Shown here: positions 55,420 to 64,000 of the stretch, piece by piece
Layout of the letters: every line of letters starts with the position of its first letter
Numbering within the stretch: position 1 is the stretch's first letter
NCBI GenBank assembly: GCA_963663615.1
Contig: OY760517.1
Span: 1,193,042-1,257,041, forward strand
DNA length: 64,000 bases
Direction of reading: 5' to 3'
DNA from: Melioribacteraceae bacterium
Lineage (GTDB): Bacteria > Bacteroidota > Ignavibacteria > Ignavibacteriales > Melioribacteraceae
Notes under the pieces: model-generated
Told to the model about the DNA's origin: nothing
Seen by the model: only the letters and a program-made list of their open reading frames with translations
The model's database searches: none
Translations under genes and position numbers: made by a program

Positions 55420-56202
55420 ATGAAAGATATGAACGGTATTAAATACATTGAAATTGGTAACAAAAGTGGTAAGGATATAGTTTTTGTACACGGATTTCCG
55501 TTTGACCATACAATGTGGGATCACCAGGCTGCATATTTTTCGGATCAGCATAATGTAGTGCTTTATGATGTTCGCGGTTTGGGCGAAAGTGAGGTTGGTT
55601 CCGGTCAGTTTACTATGGAAACTTTTGTTGATGATCTTAATAATCTTATCAACTATCTCGAGCTTGAAAAGCCTGTTATTTGCGGACTTTCGATGGGTGG
55701 CTATATTGCATTAAGATATGCTGAAAAGTATGGTAATCATGGTGCTCTTGTGTTATGCGATACCAAGGCTGAAGCTGATAATGATGTTGCTAAGCTAAAT
55801 CGGGCAAATGGAATTGCTGCTATTAAAAGCTCTGGACTTACAAGTTTTGTTGAAGGTTTTATACCTGGACTTCTTGCTGAAGAAAATCAAGAGCGCGAGG
55901 ACTTGCTAAAAGTTGATCTAATTAACCGCTCATCTGGGTTTGAGCCTGAGGGTGTTATTGGATCGCTATTAGCCATGATAAGCAGAACAGACACTACTGA
56001 ATTTCTTGCGAGCATTAAAAACCCGGTTCTTGTTGTTTGTGGTGAAGAGGATAAATTTACTCCAGTGCCACTGATGAGTGTTATGGCTGGAAGAATAAAA
56101 AATGCAAAATTTGAAGTAATTGAAGGTGCCGGTCATATTCCTCCTTTGGAAACACCGGATAAATTTAATAAAGTTTTGAATGATTTTATTGCAACTTTAT
56201 AG
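55420..56202 (+). CDS. Alpha/beta hydrolase (enol-lactonase-like)
   Basis: HGFP oxyanion region, GLSMGG nucleophile elbow, and C-terminal GAGHIPPLE His. Confidence 0.8.
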   Translation: MKDMNGIKYIEIGNKSGKDIVFVHGFPFDHTMWDHQAAYFSDQHNVVLYDVRGLGESEVGSGQFTMETFVDDLNNLINYLELEKPVICGLSMGGYIALRYAEKYGNHGALVLCDTKAEADNDVAKLNRANGIAAIKSSGLTSFVEGFIPGLLAEENQEREDLLKVDLINRSSGFEPEGVIGSLLAMISRTDTTEFLASIKNPVLVVCGEEDKFTPVPLMSVMAGRIKNAKFEVIEGAGHIPPLETPDKFNKVLNDFIATL

Positions 56203-56298
56203 TTTTACAATTTTGCCTTGCGAATAAAATTATGCTAAAATTATAGATTTATTTTAATAAATTTAGCGTCTTGTTAATCTGGGTTTTGAATTTGAATT

Positions 56299-57333
56299 AT
56301 GGCTAAAAAGAAAATATTAAGTTCTGTCCTGTTGGTTGTAGGTATTACGATATTTGGTCTTTTACTTTATGATTTTGGTATCGATAACATACTTGCGAAT
56401 ATTAAGGAAATCGGATTCTGGTTTATACCAATTATTGCAACATACTTTGTGGTTTACCTGCAAAATGCCTACACATGGTACATAATACTTAATGATAAGG
56501 GCAAAAATATTTCCTTTTGGAAAATATTTACTATAACGATCAGTGGAATGGCTATAAATGATATTACACCTGTAGTTAATCTCGGTGGTGAACCTTATAA
56601 AATTTATGCTATTAAAGATTCAGTTGGCACACCAAAGGCTGTATCCTCAGTAATATTATATACTATGATTCACTGGCTTTCTCACTTTTTTATATGGATT
56701 ACCGGGATATTCCTGTTAAGTTTTACATCCGATCTTTCCGATTCTTTAAAATATTTCCTTGCTGCAACATTGGTTGTACTGGTGCTATTTATATATTTCT
56801 TTTATCGCCGGCATAAAAAGGGAATATTTGTTTCATTTCTTGATAAAATATCAAAGGTACCCTTCCTTAAGGGGTTGGCGGCAAAGCTTAGTAAACGGGA
56901 AGATTCGCTGGTAGCGATTGATGAAGAAATAAAACACCTTTATTCCGAGCGTCCGGGGGCATTTTACTACTCACTGTTTCTTGATTATGCAGGCAGACTG
57001 GTAGCAGCAGTTGAATTTTATTTTATTCTTCAGGCAGTTAAATTTGATATTGGTTTCCTTGATGCATTTTATATTTACGCAGGCTATACACTTCTCGTTA
57101 ATATTATGTTTTTTATGCCGCTTCAACTTGGAACCAGGGAGGGGAGTCTTGTACTCGTTCTCGAAATTCTTAAAATATCCCAGGGAATGGGGATTTTTGT
57201 TTCACTTGTTATGAGGATTCGTGAATTTTTTTGGATATTTATTGGTCTTGCACTTATCCAGGTTAATCGCATCAGAAATAAATCGAATAAGACAGTTAGG
57301 GACTTTATGTCGATGGATACAATTGACGAGTAG
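56299..57333 (+). CDS. Flippase-like / LPG-synthase-TM (UPF0104) family membrane protein
   Basis: About 8 TM helices, with GGEPYK and PLQLGTREG motifs characteristic of the family. Confidence 0.5.
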   Translation: MAKKKILSSVLLVVGITIFGLLLYDFGIDNILANIKEIGFWFIPIIATYFVVYLQNAYTWYIILNDKGKNISFWKIFTITISGMAINDITPVVNLGGEPYKIYAIKDSVGTPKAVSSVILYTMIHWLSHFFIWITGIFLLSFTSDLSDSLKYFLAATLVVLVLFIYFFYRRHKKGIFVSFLDKISKVPFLKGLAAKLSKREDSLVAIDEEIKHLYSERPGAFYYSLFLDYAGRLVAAVEFYFILQAVKFDIGFLDAFYIYAGYTLLVNIMFFMPLQLGTREGSLVLVLEILKISQGMGIFVSLVMRIREFFWIFIGLALIQVNRIRNKSNKTVRDFMSMDTIDE

Positions 57334-57414
57334 AGAATTTTAAATGCACTAACTTTTTATATTTCAATAGCGTCTAAATATTCGATACCACAAACTACAA
57401 TTACAGGAGACAAA

Positions 57415-59304
57415 ATGTTTAAAGGTAAAAATCTACTTTTTTTACTCTCTCTTATCTTATTAACCAGCTCGCTCACTTTTTCGAAAGGCAAGTTAAAGGA
57501 TAGAGAAGAAATTGATGCCAAATACAAATGGAATCTGAACGATATATACAACAGCTGGGAAGAATGGGAAGCTGATCTTGCCAAGATGAAAGGTATGATG
57601 GATGAGATTGCCGGCTTGAAAGGAACCCTTAACAGCAGTGAAGCTGTGCTTGATATTATGAAAAAGGATGATGCCCTTGGTCAGGTTCTTTACAAAGTTT
57701 ATCGTTATCCTGGTTTGGCTCGTGAACTTGATAATCGCAATCCTCTTTATATTCAAAAACTTGGACTTGTTCAGGCTGCTTACGCCGGTTTTGGTACTGC
57801 TACGGCATGGATAAATCCCGAATTACTTCAGATACCTGAAGAGACTATGCAGAAATGGATTGATGAGAATGACGAACTTAAGGTATATGCATTTAGCATA
57901 ATGGATTTGTATCGCCAGCAGAAACATGTACACACAGAGGACAAGGAAAGGTTACTGTCATATTTTAGTACTTTTAACGGTTCGCCTGACGGAATTTACG
58001 AACAGCTTTCAACTGCCGATATCCAGTTCCCTGAAGTTGTTCTATCTACTGGTGATACTATTACAGCTACTGCCGGAAATTATAGCCATACTCTTGCTAC
58101 AAATACCAATCAGGATGACAGACGTAAAGCTTTTGAAGCTCACTATTCTGCTTATGTAAAAAATAAAAGTACTTATGCTGCAATTTACAATTCAGTTTGT
58201 CAGCGTGACTGGGCTAATGCACAGGCAAGAAATTATAACTCAACCCTTGAAGCAAGTCTTGACGGTAATAACATTCCGGTTGAAGTTTATACAAACCTGA
58301 TTAGCACTGTAAAAGAAAACACAGCTCCACTTAAAAAATATATTCAGTTACGGAAAAAATTACTCGGACTTGAAGAGTACCACAGTTATGACGGATCAAT
58401 TCCAATTATTGATTTCAAAAAAACATACCAGTACGAAACTGCTCAGAAAAATGTATATGAATCAGTTGCACCTCTTGGTGATGAGTATCAGGCTAAAATG
58501 AAAATAGCTCTTAATGATGGCTGGGTTGATGTTTTTGAAACCGAAGGAAAATCATCGGGTGCGTTTTCGGCAAATGTTTACGGAGTTCATCCCTATATGT
58601 TGATGAATTATAACGAAACAATTGATAATATGTTTACTCTTGGTCATGAGTTGGGACATACATTGCATTCAATGCTTGCAAACGAAAACCAGCCGTTTGC
58701 TACCTCAAACTATACAATATTTGTAGCTGAGGTTGCCTCAACATTTAATGAAGCCCTATTGCTTGATTATTTATATGACAGAACTGATGATCCGGTTGAA
58801 AGAATTGCATTGCTGCAGCAGTCAATTTCCAACCTTACCGGTACATTCTTCTTCCAGTCGCTATTAGCCGATTTCGAATTATCAGCACATAAGATGGTTG
58901 AACAGGGTCAGCCTTTAACAGCTGAAACACTTGATAAAATGATGAATGATCTTTATTTAACATACTTTGGTGAGGAAGAAATAGTTGACGAATATCTTCC
59001 AACTGTTTGGGCACGAATTTCACACTTGTATGGTGCACCATATTATGTGTTCCAGTATGCTACTTGTTTTGCATCTTCAGCACAGTTATACAATGATGTT
59101 ATCAAAAATCCGAAAGGGGACAAGGAGGAAGCTGTTGAAAGTTATCTTAACTTGTTAAAATCGGGCGGTAATGATTATCCTATGACACAGCTAAAAAAAG
59201 CGGGTGTTGACCTAACCCAGCCGGAACCAGTACTTGCTGTGGTTAAACAGATGAATGACCTGGTAAATAAACTTGAAGTAGAAATAAATAAACTTGATAA
59301 ATAG
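57415..59304 (+). CDS. pepF: Oligoendopeptidase F (peptidase M3B), exported
   Basis: HELGH zinc motif, ~600 aa M3B layout, N-terminal signal peptide. Confidence 0.85.
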   Translation: MFKGKNLLFLLSLILLTSSLTFSKGKLKDREEIDAKYKWNLNDIYNSWEEWEADLAKMKGMMDEIAGLKGTLNSSEAVLDIMKKDDALGQVLYKVYRYPGLARELDNRNPLYIQKLGLVQAAYAGFGTATAWINPELLQIPEETMQKWIDENDELKVYAFSIMDLYRQQKHVHTEDKERLLSYFSTFNGSPDGIYEQLSTADIQFPEVVLSTGDTITATAGNYSHTLATNTNQDDRRKAFEAHYSAYVKNKSTYAAIYNSVCQRDWANAQARNYNSTLEASLDGNNIPVEVYTNLISTVKENTAPLKKYIQLRKKLLGLEEYHSYDGSIPIIDFKKTYQYETAQKNVYESVAPLGDEYQAKMKIALNDGWVDVFETEGKSSGAFSANVYGVHPYMLMNYNETIDNMFTLGHELGHTLHSMLANENQPFATSNYTIFVAEVASTFNEALLLDYLYDRTDDPVERIALLQQSISNLTGTFFFQSLLADFELSAHKMVEQGQPLTAETLDKMMNDLYLTYFGEEEIVDEYLPTVWARISHLYGAPYYVFQYATCFASSAQLYNDVIKNPKGDKEEAVESYLNLLKSGGNDYPMTQLKKAGVDLTQPEPVLAVVKQMNDLVNKLEVEINKLDK

Positions 59305-59569
59305 AAAAGTTTTGGTGGCGGGGATTTTTTCCCGTCACTTTTCAAAATTTTGTGATTCAATATTAAACATTCTATTGTTACAACCTGCCAATTAACTTTA
59401 CTTTTCTGCAAGCTAAACTTTTCCGGACTCTTCAATTTAACGACAATTTTAGGCTTTCCTCAACAACTTTTCGCTTTGTTTTTAATCCACATAATATTTG
59501 TGCTTTGTTAATTAAAGACTCATCTGTTTGAATATTAGTACGAGTTAAAAAATGGTACTTGGAGAAAAT

Positions 59570-59609
59570 AGTTTGAGTTCACCAAATATATTACAAATGA
59601 ACTCAAACT
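59570..59609 (-). terminator. Terminator after carB
   Basis: A 12-bp perfect stem: AGTTTGAGTTCA (59570-59581) pairs with TGAACTCAAACT (59598-59609). On the minus strand it is followed by ATTTTCTCC. Confidence 0.55.
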
Positions 59610-59618
59610 AAATTAAAA

Positions 59619-62600
59619 TCAATATTCATCCCAGCTTTTAATAGCAAGGTCTTCAAGTTTTGTAGTGTATAATGATTCGGCAAGACGCATAGCCAGTTGC
59701 CTGTTTGTAACAAGCGGTACTTTGTAATCAACAGCTGTACGTCTAATCATATAGTCGTTAGTAAGCTCGTCAGTTGCAAAGTTTTTAGGAATGTTTATAG
59801 CTAGATCAATTTTTCCGGTTTTAAGATAATCAAGAACTTGAGGCGAACCTTTTTCAAGAGGCCATCTTAACACCTCTGCCGGTATGCCATTCGAGTTAAG
59901 GAATTTACCTGTTCCGCGAGTTGCATAAAATTTAACACCAAGTTTCAGGAATTTGCGACATGTATCCAGCAATTCAACTTTCGACTCGATAGTACCCGAT
60001 GAAATAAGCACACTTTTTATTGGAAATTTGTACCCAACAGATATTAGTGCTTTCAGGAATGCTTCGCTGAATGTATTGCCGAAACAAGCCACCTCACCAG
60101 TTGAGCTCATTTCAACACCTGTTGTTGGGTCTGCACCTTCAAGACGTGTAAATGAAAATTCGGGAGCCTTAACAGCTACAAAGTCATAATCAAATAGAGA
60201 AAGCTCCATTCCGCTTACATTTTCACCCATTATAATGCGTGTAGCCTTGTCGATAAAGTTTGTTTTAAAGGTTTTACTAACAAATGGAAAACTTCTTGAT
60301 GCACGCAGGTTACACTCAATAACCTTTACCTTGTTATCCTTGGCAATGTACTGAATGTTAAACGGACCGTTAATATTTAATTCGGCAGCAATTTTTTCAG
60401 AAGCCCTTCTAATTTGTCGCATTGTTTCCAGGTAAGTTCGCTGTGGTGGTAGTACAAGAGTAGCATCACCTGAGTGAACGCCAGCATTTTCAACATGCTC
60501 GGAAATAGCATAGTATTTTATTTTACCGTTTTGTGCAACACCATCAAATTCAAGTTCTTTTGCATTTTCCATAAACTTGCTTATTACAGTAGGGTGATCA
60601 GATGATAAATCAGCCGCTCTTTGCAGGAATAACAGCAGTTCATTATCATTGGAGGCAACAGCCATAGCAGCACCACTAAGTACGTATGATGGTCTAATTA
60701 ACACCGGATAACCAATGTAGTTGGCAAAGTTTAGTGCTTCTTCAATTGTAGTAAGTTTTTTCCATGCAGGTTGCTCAACACCAATTTTATCCAGCATATT
60801 GGAAAACTTGCTTCTATCCTCGGCACGGTCAATCATTTCAGGTGAAGTACCAAGAACTTTTAATCCCTCACGATGGAAATCGAGTGCAAGGTTATTAGCA
60901 GTTTGACCACCCATCGAAATAATTAGTCCCAGAGCGGTAACCTTATTATAGATTTCACGAACCGTTTCGAGTGTAATCTCTTCAAAAAAGAGAACATCCG
61001 ATTCGTCATAATCCGTGCTAACTGTTTCAGGGTTACAGTTAATCATAACACTTTTTTTACCAAGCTCCTGAACTGTTAATCCCGCTTTTACGCAACACCA
61101 GTCGAACTCAACAGAACTACCAATTCTGTATGGACCCGAGCCAAGAATAATTGTTGAGTTTTCATCAGCCAGATCAATATCATCGGCATCCGAGTTGTAA
61201 GTAAGGTAAAGGTAGTTTGTTTGAGCCGGGAATTCAGCAGCCAGTGTATCAATATTGTGTACATAGGGGTGAATTGAATGTTTTTCCCTTAGCGAGTAAA
61301 CTTCCGATTCGGTTGATTTGGTAAGTATTGCAATTTGTTTATCTGAATAGCCAAGTTGTTTATACTTTAACAAATCAGTTTTTGCAAGATCAGCCAGTGA
61401 TTTTGATTTAAGCTGTTTCTCGAAATCAACGACATTTTTGAGCTTCTGCAGGAACCAGTCGTCAATGAATGTAAGCTTGTTAATATATTCAAGAGAATAT
61501 TCTTCCTGTAGTGCCTGTATAATCGCAAAAATTCTCGTATCCGAAGGAATTTTTAGTGTATCAAGTAACTCCATTAAGTCAAACCTGAAAGAGTTAGCAA
61601 CTAATCCTTCAGCACCGGTATCCAGCATCCTTAAAGCTTTCTGCAAGGCTTCCTCAAAGCTTCTGCCAATAGCCATCACTTCACCAACCGATTTCATTGA
61701 TGAACCGATTTTTTGTTTAACCATGCGGAATTTCTTCAAATCCCAACGGGGTATTTTAACTACAACATAGTCGAGTGCAGGCTCAAAAAATGCCGATGTT
61801 GTTTGTGTGATAGAGTTTCGAAGTTGATACAAACTGTATCCCAAAGCCAGTTTGGCACCGATGAAGGCAAGCGGGTAACCTGTTGCCTTTGATGCAAGAG
61901 CAGAGCTGCGGGAAAGGCGTGCATTTACCTCAATAACGCGGTATTGGGATGTTTGCGGATCAAGTGCATATTGGATGTTACATTCGCCAACAATACCAAA
62001 ATGCTGAACTACCTTTATTGCAATTTCACGAAGTTTATGGTATTCCTCATTCGAGAGGGTTTGACTTGGAGCAACTACAATACTCTCACCAGTATGAATA
62101 CCAAGGGGGTCCATGTTTTCCATATTACAAATTGTAACACAGTTATTATCCTTGTCACGAACAACTTCGTATTCAATTTCTTTCCAGCCTTCAAGATATT
62201 CCTCAACAAGAATTTGAGGGGCGTAAGAAAGAGCTTTTTTAACTTTGGTTTGCAATTCTTTTTTGTTGGTGCAGATACCGGAACCGAGTCCGCCAAGAGC
62301 GTATGCAATCCTTACAAGCACCGGGTAGCTTGTTTCCTTTGCGTAATCCAGGGCATCTTCAACAGTTGTACAAGCACGGCTTTTCGGAAAGTCAACATTT
62401 ATTTCAGCAAGGGCATCGTTAAATAGTTTACGGTCTTCAGTTTTAATAACAGCCTCAATAGGAGAACCGAGTATTGCAATGTTATGTTTTTTTAATACTC
62501 CGCTTTTGTGTAATTCCAAACCGCAGTTAAGAGCTGTTTGTCCACCAAAACTGAGAAGAATTCCATCAGGCTTTTCTTTCTCAATAATTTTTTCAGTAAA

Positions 62601-62804
62601 CTCGGGAGTAACAGGTAAAAAATAAACACGGTCTGCAAGGCTACCGGTTGTTTGAATTGTAGCAATGTTAGGATTAATAAGAATAGTTGAAATACCTTCC
62701 TCTTTTAATGCCTTAATTGCCTGACTACCGGAGTAGTCAAATTCACCTGCTTCACCAATTTTTAGAGCAGAGGAACCAAGAATAAGTACTTTTTTATAAT
62801 TCAT
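59619..62804 (-). CDS. carB: Carbamoyl-phosphate synthase large subunit
   Basis: Two ATP-grasp halves plus an MGS-like tail. The start MNYKKVLILGSSALKIGEAGEFDYSG at 62804 lies 1 nt after the carA stop; the ORF-track extension to 62888 overlaps carA and is rejected. Confidence 0.97.
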   Translation of the reverse strand: MNYKKVLILGSSALKIGEAGEFDYSGSQAIKALKEEGISTILINPNIATIQTTGSLADRVYFLPVTPEFTEKIIEKEKPDGILLSFGGQTALNCGLELHKSGVLKKHNIAILGSPIEAVIKTEDRKLFNDALAEINVDFPKSRACTTVEDALDYAKETSYPVLVRIAYALGGLGSGICTNKKELQTKVKKALSYAPQILVEEYLEGWKEIEYEVVRDKDNNCVTICNMENMDPLGIHTGESIVVAPSQTLSNEEYHKLREIAIKVVQHFGIVGECNIQYALDPQTSQYRVIEVNARLSRSSALASKATGYPLAFIGAKLALGYSLYQLRNSITQTTSAFFEPALDYVVVKIPRWDLKKFRMVKQKIGSSMKSVGEVMAIGRSFEEALQKALRMLDTGAEGLVANSFRFDLMELLDTLKIPSDTRIFAIIQALQEEYSLEYINKLTFIDDWFLQKLKNVVDFEKQLKSKSLADLAKTDLLKYKQLGYSDKQIAILTKSTESEVYSLREKHSIHPYVHNIDTLAAEFPAQTNYLYLTYNSDADDIDLADENSTIILGSGPYRIGSSVEFDWCCVKAGLTVQELGKKSVMINCNPETVSTDYDESDVLFFEEITLETVREIYNKVTALGLIISMGGQTANNLALDFHREGLKVLGTSPEMIDRAEDRSKFSNMLDKIGVEQPAWKKLTTIEEALNFANYIGYPVLIRPSYVLSGAAMAVASNDNELLLFLQRAADLSSDHPTVISKFMENAKELEFDGVAQNGKIKYYAISEHVENAGVHSGDATLVLPPQRTYLETMRQIRRASEKIAAELNINGPFNIQYIAKDNKVKVIECNLRASRSFPFVSKTFKTNFIDKATRIIMGENVSGMELSLFDYDFVAVKAPEFSFTRLEGADPTTGVEMSSTGEVACFGNTFSEAFLKALISVGYKFPIKSVLISSGTIESKVELLDTCRKFLKLGVKFYATRGTGKFLNSNGIPAEVLRWPLEKGSPQVLDYLKTGKIDLAINIPKNFATDELTNDYMIRRTAVDYKVPLVTNRQLAMRLAESLYTTKLEDLAIKSWDEY

Positions 62805-62805
62805 A

Positions 62806-63876
62806 TCAGTCCAACATATCCTTAAATAAATTAAAAATGTAGCCTGTATCAACAGGACCCGGGGCAGCTTCAGGGTGAAATTGCACACTAATAACAGGTG
62901 CGTTTTTAAGTTTCATACCTTCGTTAGTTTCATCATTCAGGTTAACAAACCACGGAATGATATTTTCGTTATCCTCGTAAACTACCTCATAGCCATGATT
63001 TTGAGATGTTAGATAACATCTTTTTGTTTCCACATCTTGAACAGGTTGGTTTTGACCTCTGTGTCCATATTTCATTTTGCGGGTTTTTAGTCCTGCCGCT
63101 TTACTTAAAACCTGGTGACCCAAACAAATACCAAGAGCTGGTTTTTTATCTGCAATAACTTTTTTTGCTGTTTGAACAACAATATCATAATTATCAGGAT
63201 TACCAGGACCGTTGGAAAATATTACACCATCATATTTCATTTGCGAGAAATCATAATCCCAAGGAACGCGGGTAACTTTTAATCCGGCATTTACTGCACC
63301 TTTAAGTATTCCATACTTGCAACCACAATCAACAAGAACGATATGTTTTTTCCCTTTACCGTAAGTTTCCGGTTTTGGTACTGAAACCTGGGGAAGTAAG
63401 TTTTCCTTGTCGGGATCATAAAAAGAATCGATATCATCATCGGCAACAATTTTACCCAGCATAGTACCATGTTCGCGCAAAACTTTTGTAAGTCGGCGAG
63501 TATTGATACCTGTTAGAAGAGGTATTTTATTTTCTCTCAACCAGTGGGGCAAAGAATCATCTGAATCCCAATGGCTAAACTCTTCTGGAGTTTCGCTTGT
63601 AACAACTGCCTTTAGATAAATGCCATTTGATTCGAACGGTGAAGATAAAGGTGAATTTGAAGTAATTTTTGGAATGCCATAATTGCCAATAAGAGGGAAA
63701 GTAAATACCAGAATTTGACCACAATAAGAAGGATCAGTGATGGTCTCGGGGTAGCCAGTCATTCCGGTATTAAAAACTACCTCCCCTGAGACGGGTTGTT
63801 GATACCCGTAATTAAGTCCGGGAAACTCCATCCCGTTTTGTAAAATAAGTCGGACGGGGGTAAATTTTTTATCCAA
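62806..63876 (-). CDS. carA: Carbamoyl-phosphate synthase small (glutaminase) subunit
   Basis: GICLGHQ catalytic Cys, HRGQNQPV, and QFHPEA His/Glu. Confidence 0.95.
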   Translation of the reverse strand: MDKKFTPVRLILQNGMEFPGLNYGYQQPVSGEVVFNTGMTGYPETITDPSYCGQILVFTFPLIGNYGIPKITSNSPLSSPFESNGIYLKAVVTSETPEEFSHWDSDDSLPHWLRENKIPLLTGINTRRLTKVLREHGTMLGKIVADDDIDSFYDPDKENLLPQVSVPKPETYGKGKKHIVLVDCGCKYGILKGAVNAGLKVTRVPWDYDFSQMKYDGVIFSNGPGNPDNYDIVVQTAKKVIADKKPALGICLGHQVLSKAAGLKTRKMKYGHRGQNQPVQDVETKRCYLTSQNHGYEVVYEDNENIIPWFVNLNDETNEGMKLKNAPVISVQFHPEAAPGPVDTGYIFNLFKDMLD

Positions 63877-64000
63877 TTACACTACCTTGAAAAATTAATT
63901 TGGGCAAAAATATAAAAAATTATTAAGAATAAAAACCTTTTGAGGATATTTACCTTATTTATTAATTCTCTTTACCAGAAATTAAAAAAAACTAAAAAAT

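Noticed and set aside
62805-62888. N-terminal extension of carB (ORF-track start 62888), and likewise the upstream starts at 4525, 7769, 12187, 19512, 23162 and 50149
   Set aside because: The extensions overlap upstream genes or lack SD and signal-peptide logic. Internal ATGs give canonical N-termini: MNYKKVLILG for CarB, and signal peptides or an SD for the others.
1-64000. tRNA, rRNA, transposase, integrase, prophage or toxin-antitoxin pairs
   Set aside because: By-eye inspection of all intergenic regions longer than 100 nt and of all ORF translations found none. A tRNAscan-SE/Infernal/ISEScan run would be the definitive check.

Overview
AT-rich chromosomal segment, probably from an FCB-group bacterium. 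Three proteins end in type-A T9SS sorting domains and Shine-Dalgarno sites are in use; an Ignavibacteriota-like origin is inference only. I support about 45 CDSs, all read by eye from the ORF track and motifs, with no searches run.

Most genes are housekeeping:
- msrB, an rpoD-like sigma factor, PBP4/dacB, ytxJ, lplA, an M19 dipeptidase and a VanY-like peptidase
- two divergent feoAB operons flanking a TonB-dependent receptor and an EamA transporter
- an M28-PDZ peptidase, P5C dehydrogenase, and a wHTH regulator next to a TPR protein and a TonB-dependent receptor
- aspartase, an O-antigen-ligase-like protein and a 1898-aa C25 (gingipain-family) T9SS protein
- a tight glmS / P-loop protein / carbamate kinase / OTCase operon
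- a biotinylated carboxyltransferase subunit, trkH, pepF and carAB

I recognised no rRNA, tRNA, CRISPR array, transposase or integrase.

The best candidate for a novel system is a ~4 kb islet at 47.0-51.1 kb. It holds an NB-ARC/TPR STAND NTPase with an unassignable ~190-aa N-terminal module, plus a small 4-TM protein. Two families of GC-rich palindromic repeats bracket and interrupt it.

Other points worth a second look:
- an aspartase fused to a degenerate cNMP-binding domain
- a dihydroorotase-like protein with substitutions at all four metal-ligand motifs I could align
- a zinc-ribbon / coiled-coil / PD-(D/E)xK (DUF2130-like) protein
- conserved candidate operators shared by the two feoAB promoters
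- a second conserved motif shared by the wHTH operon and its neighbouring operon
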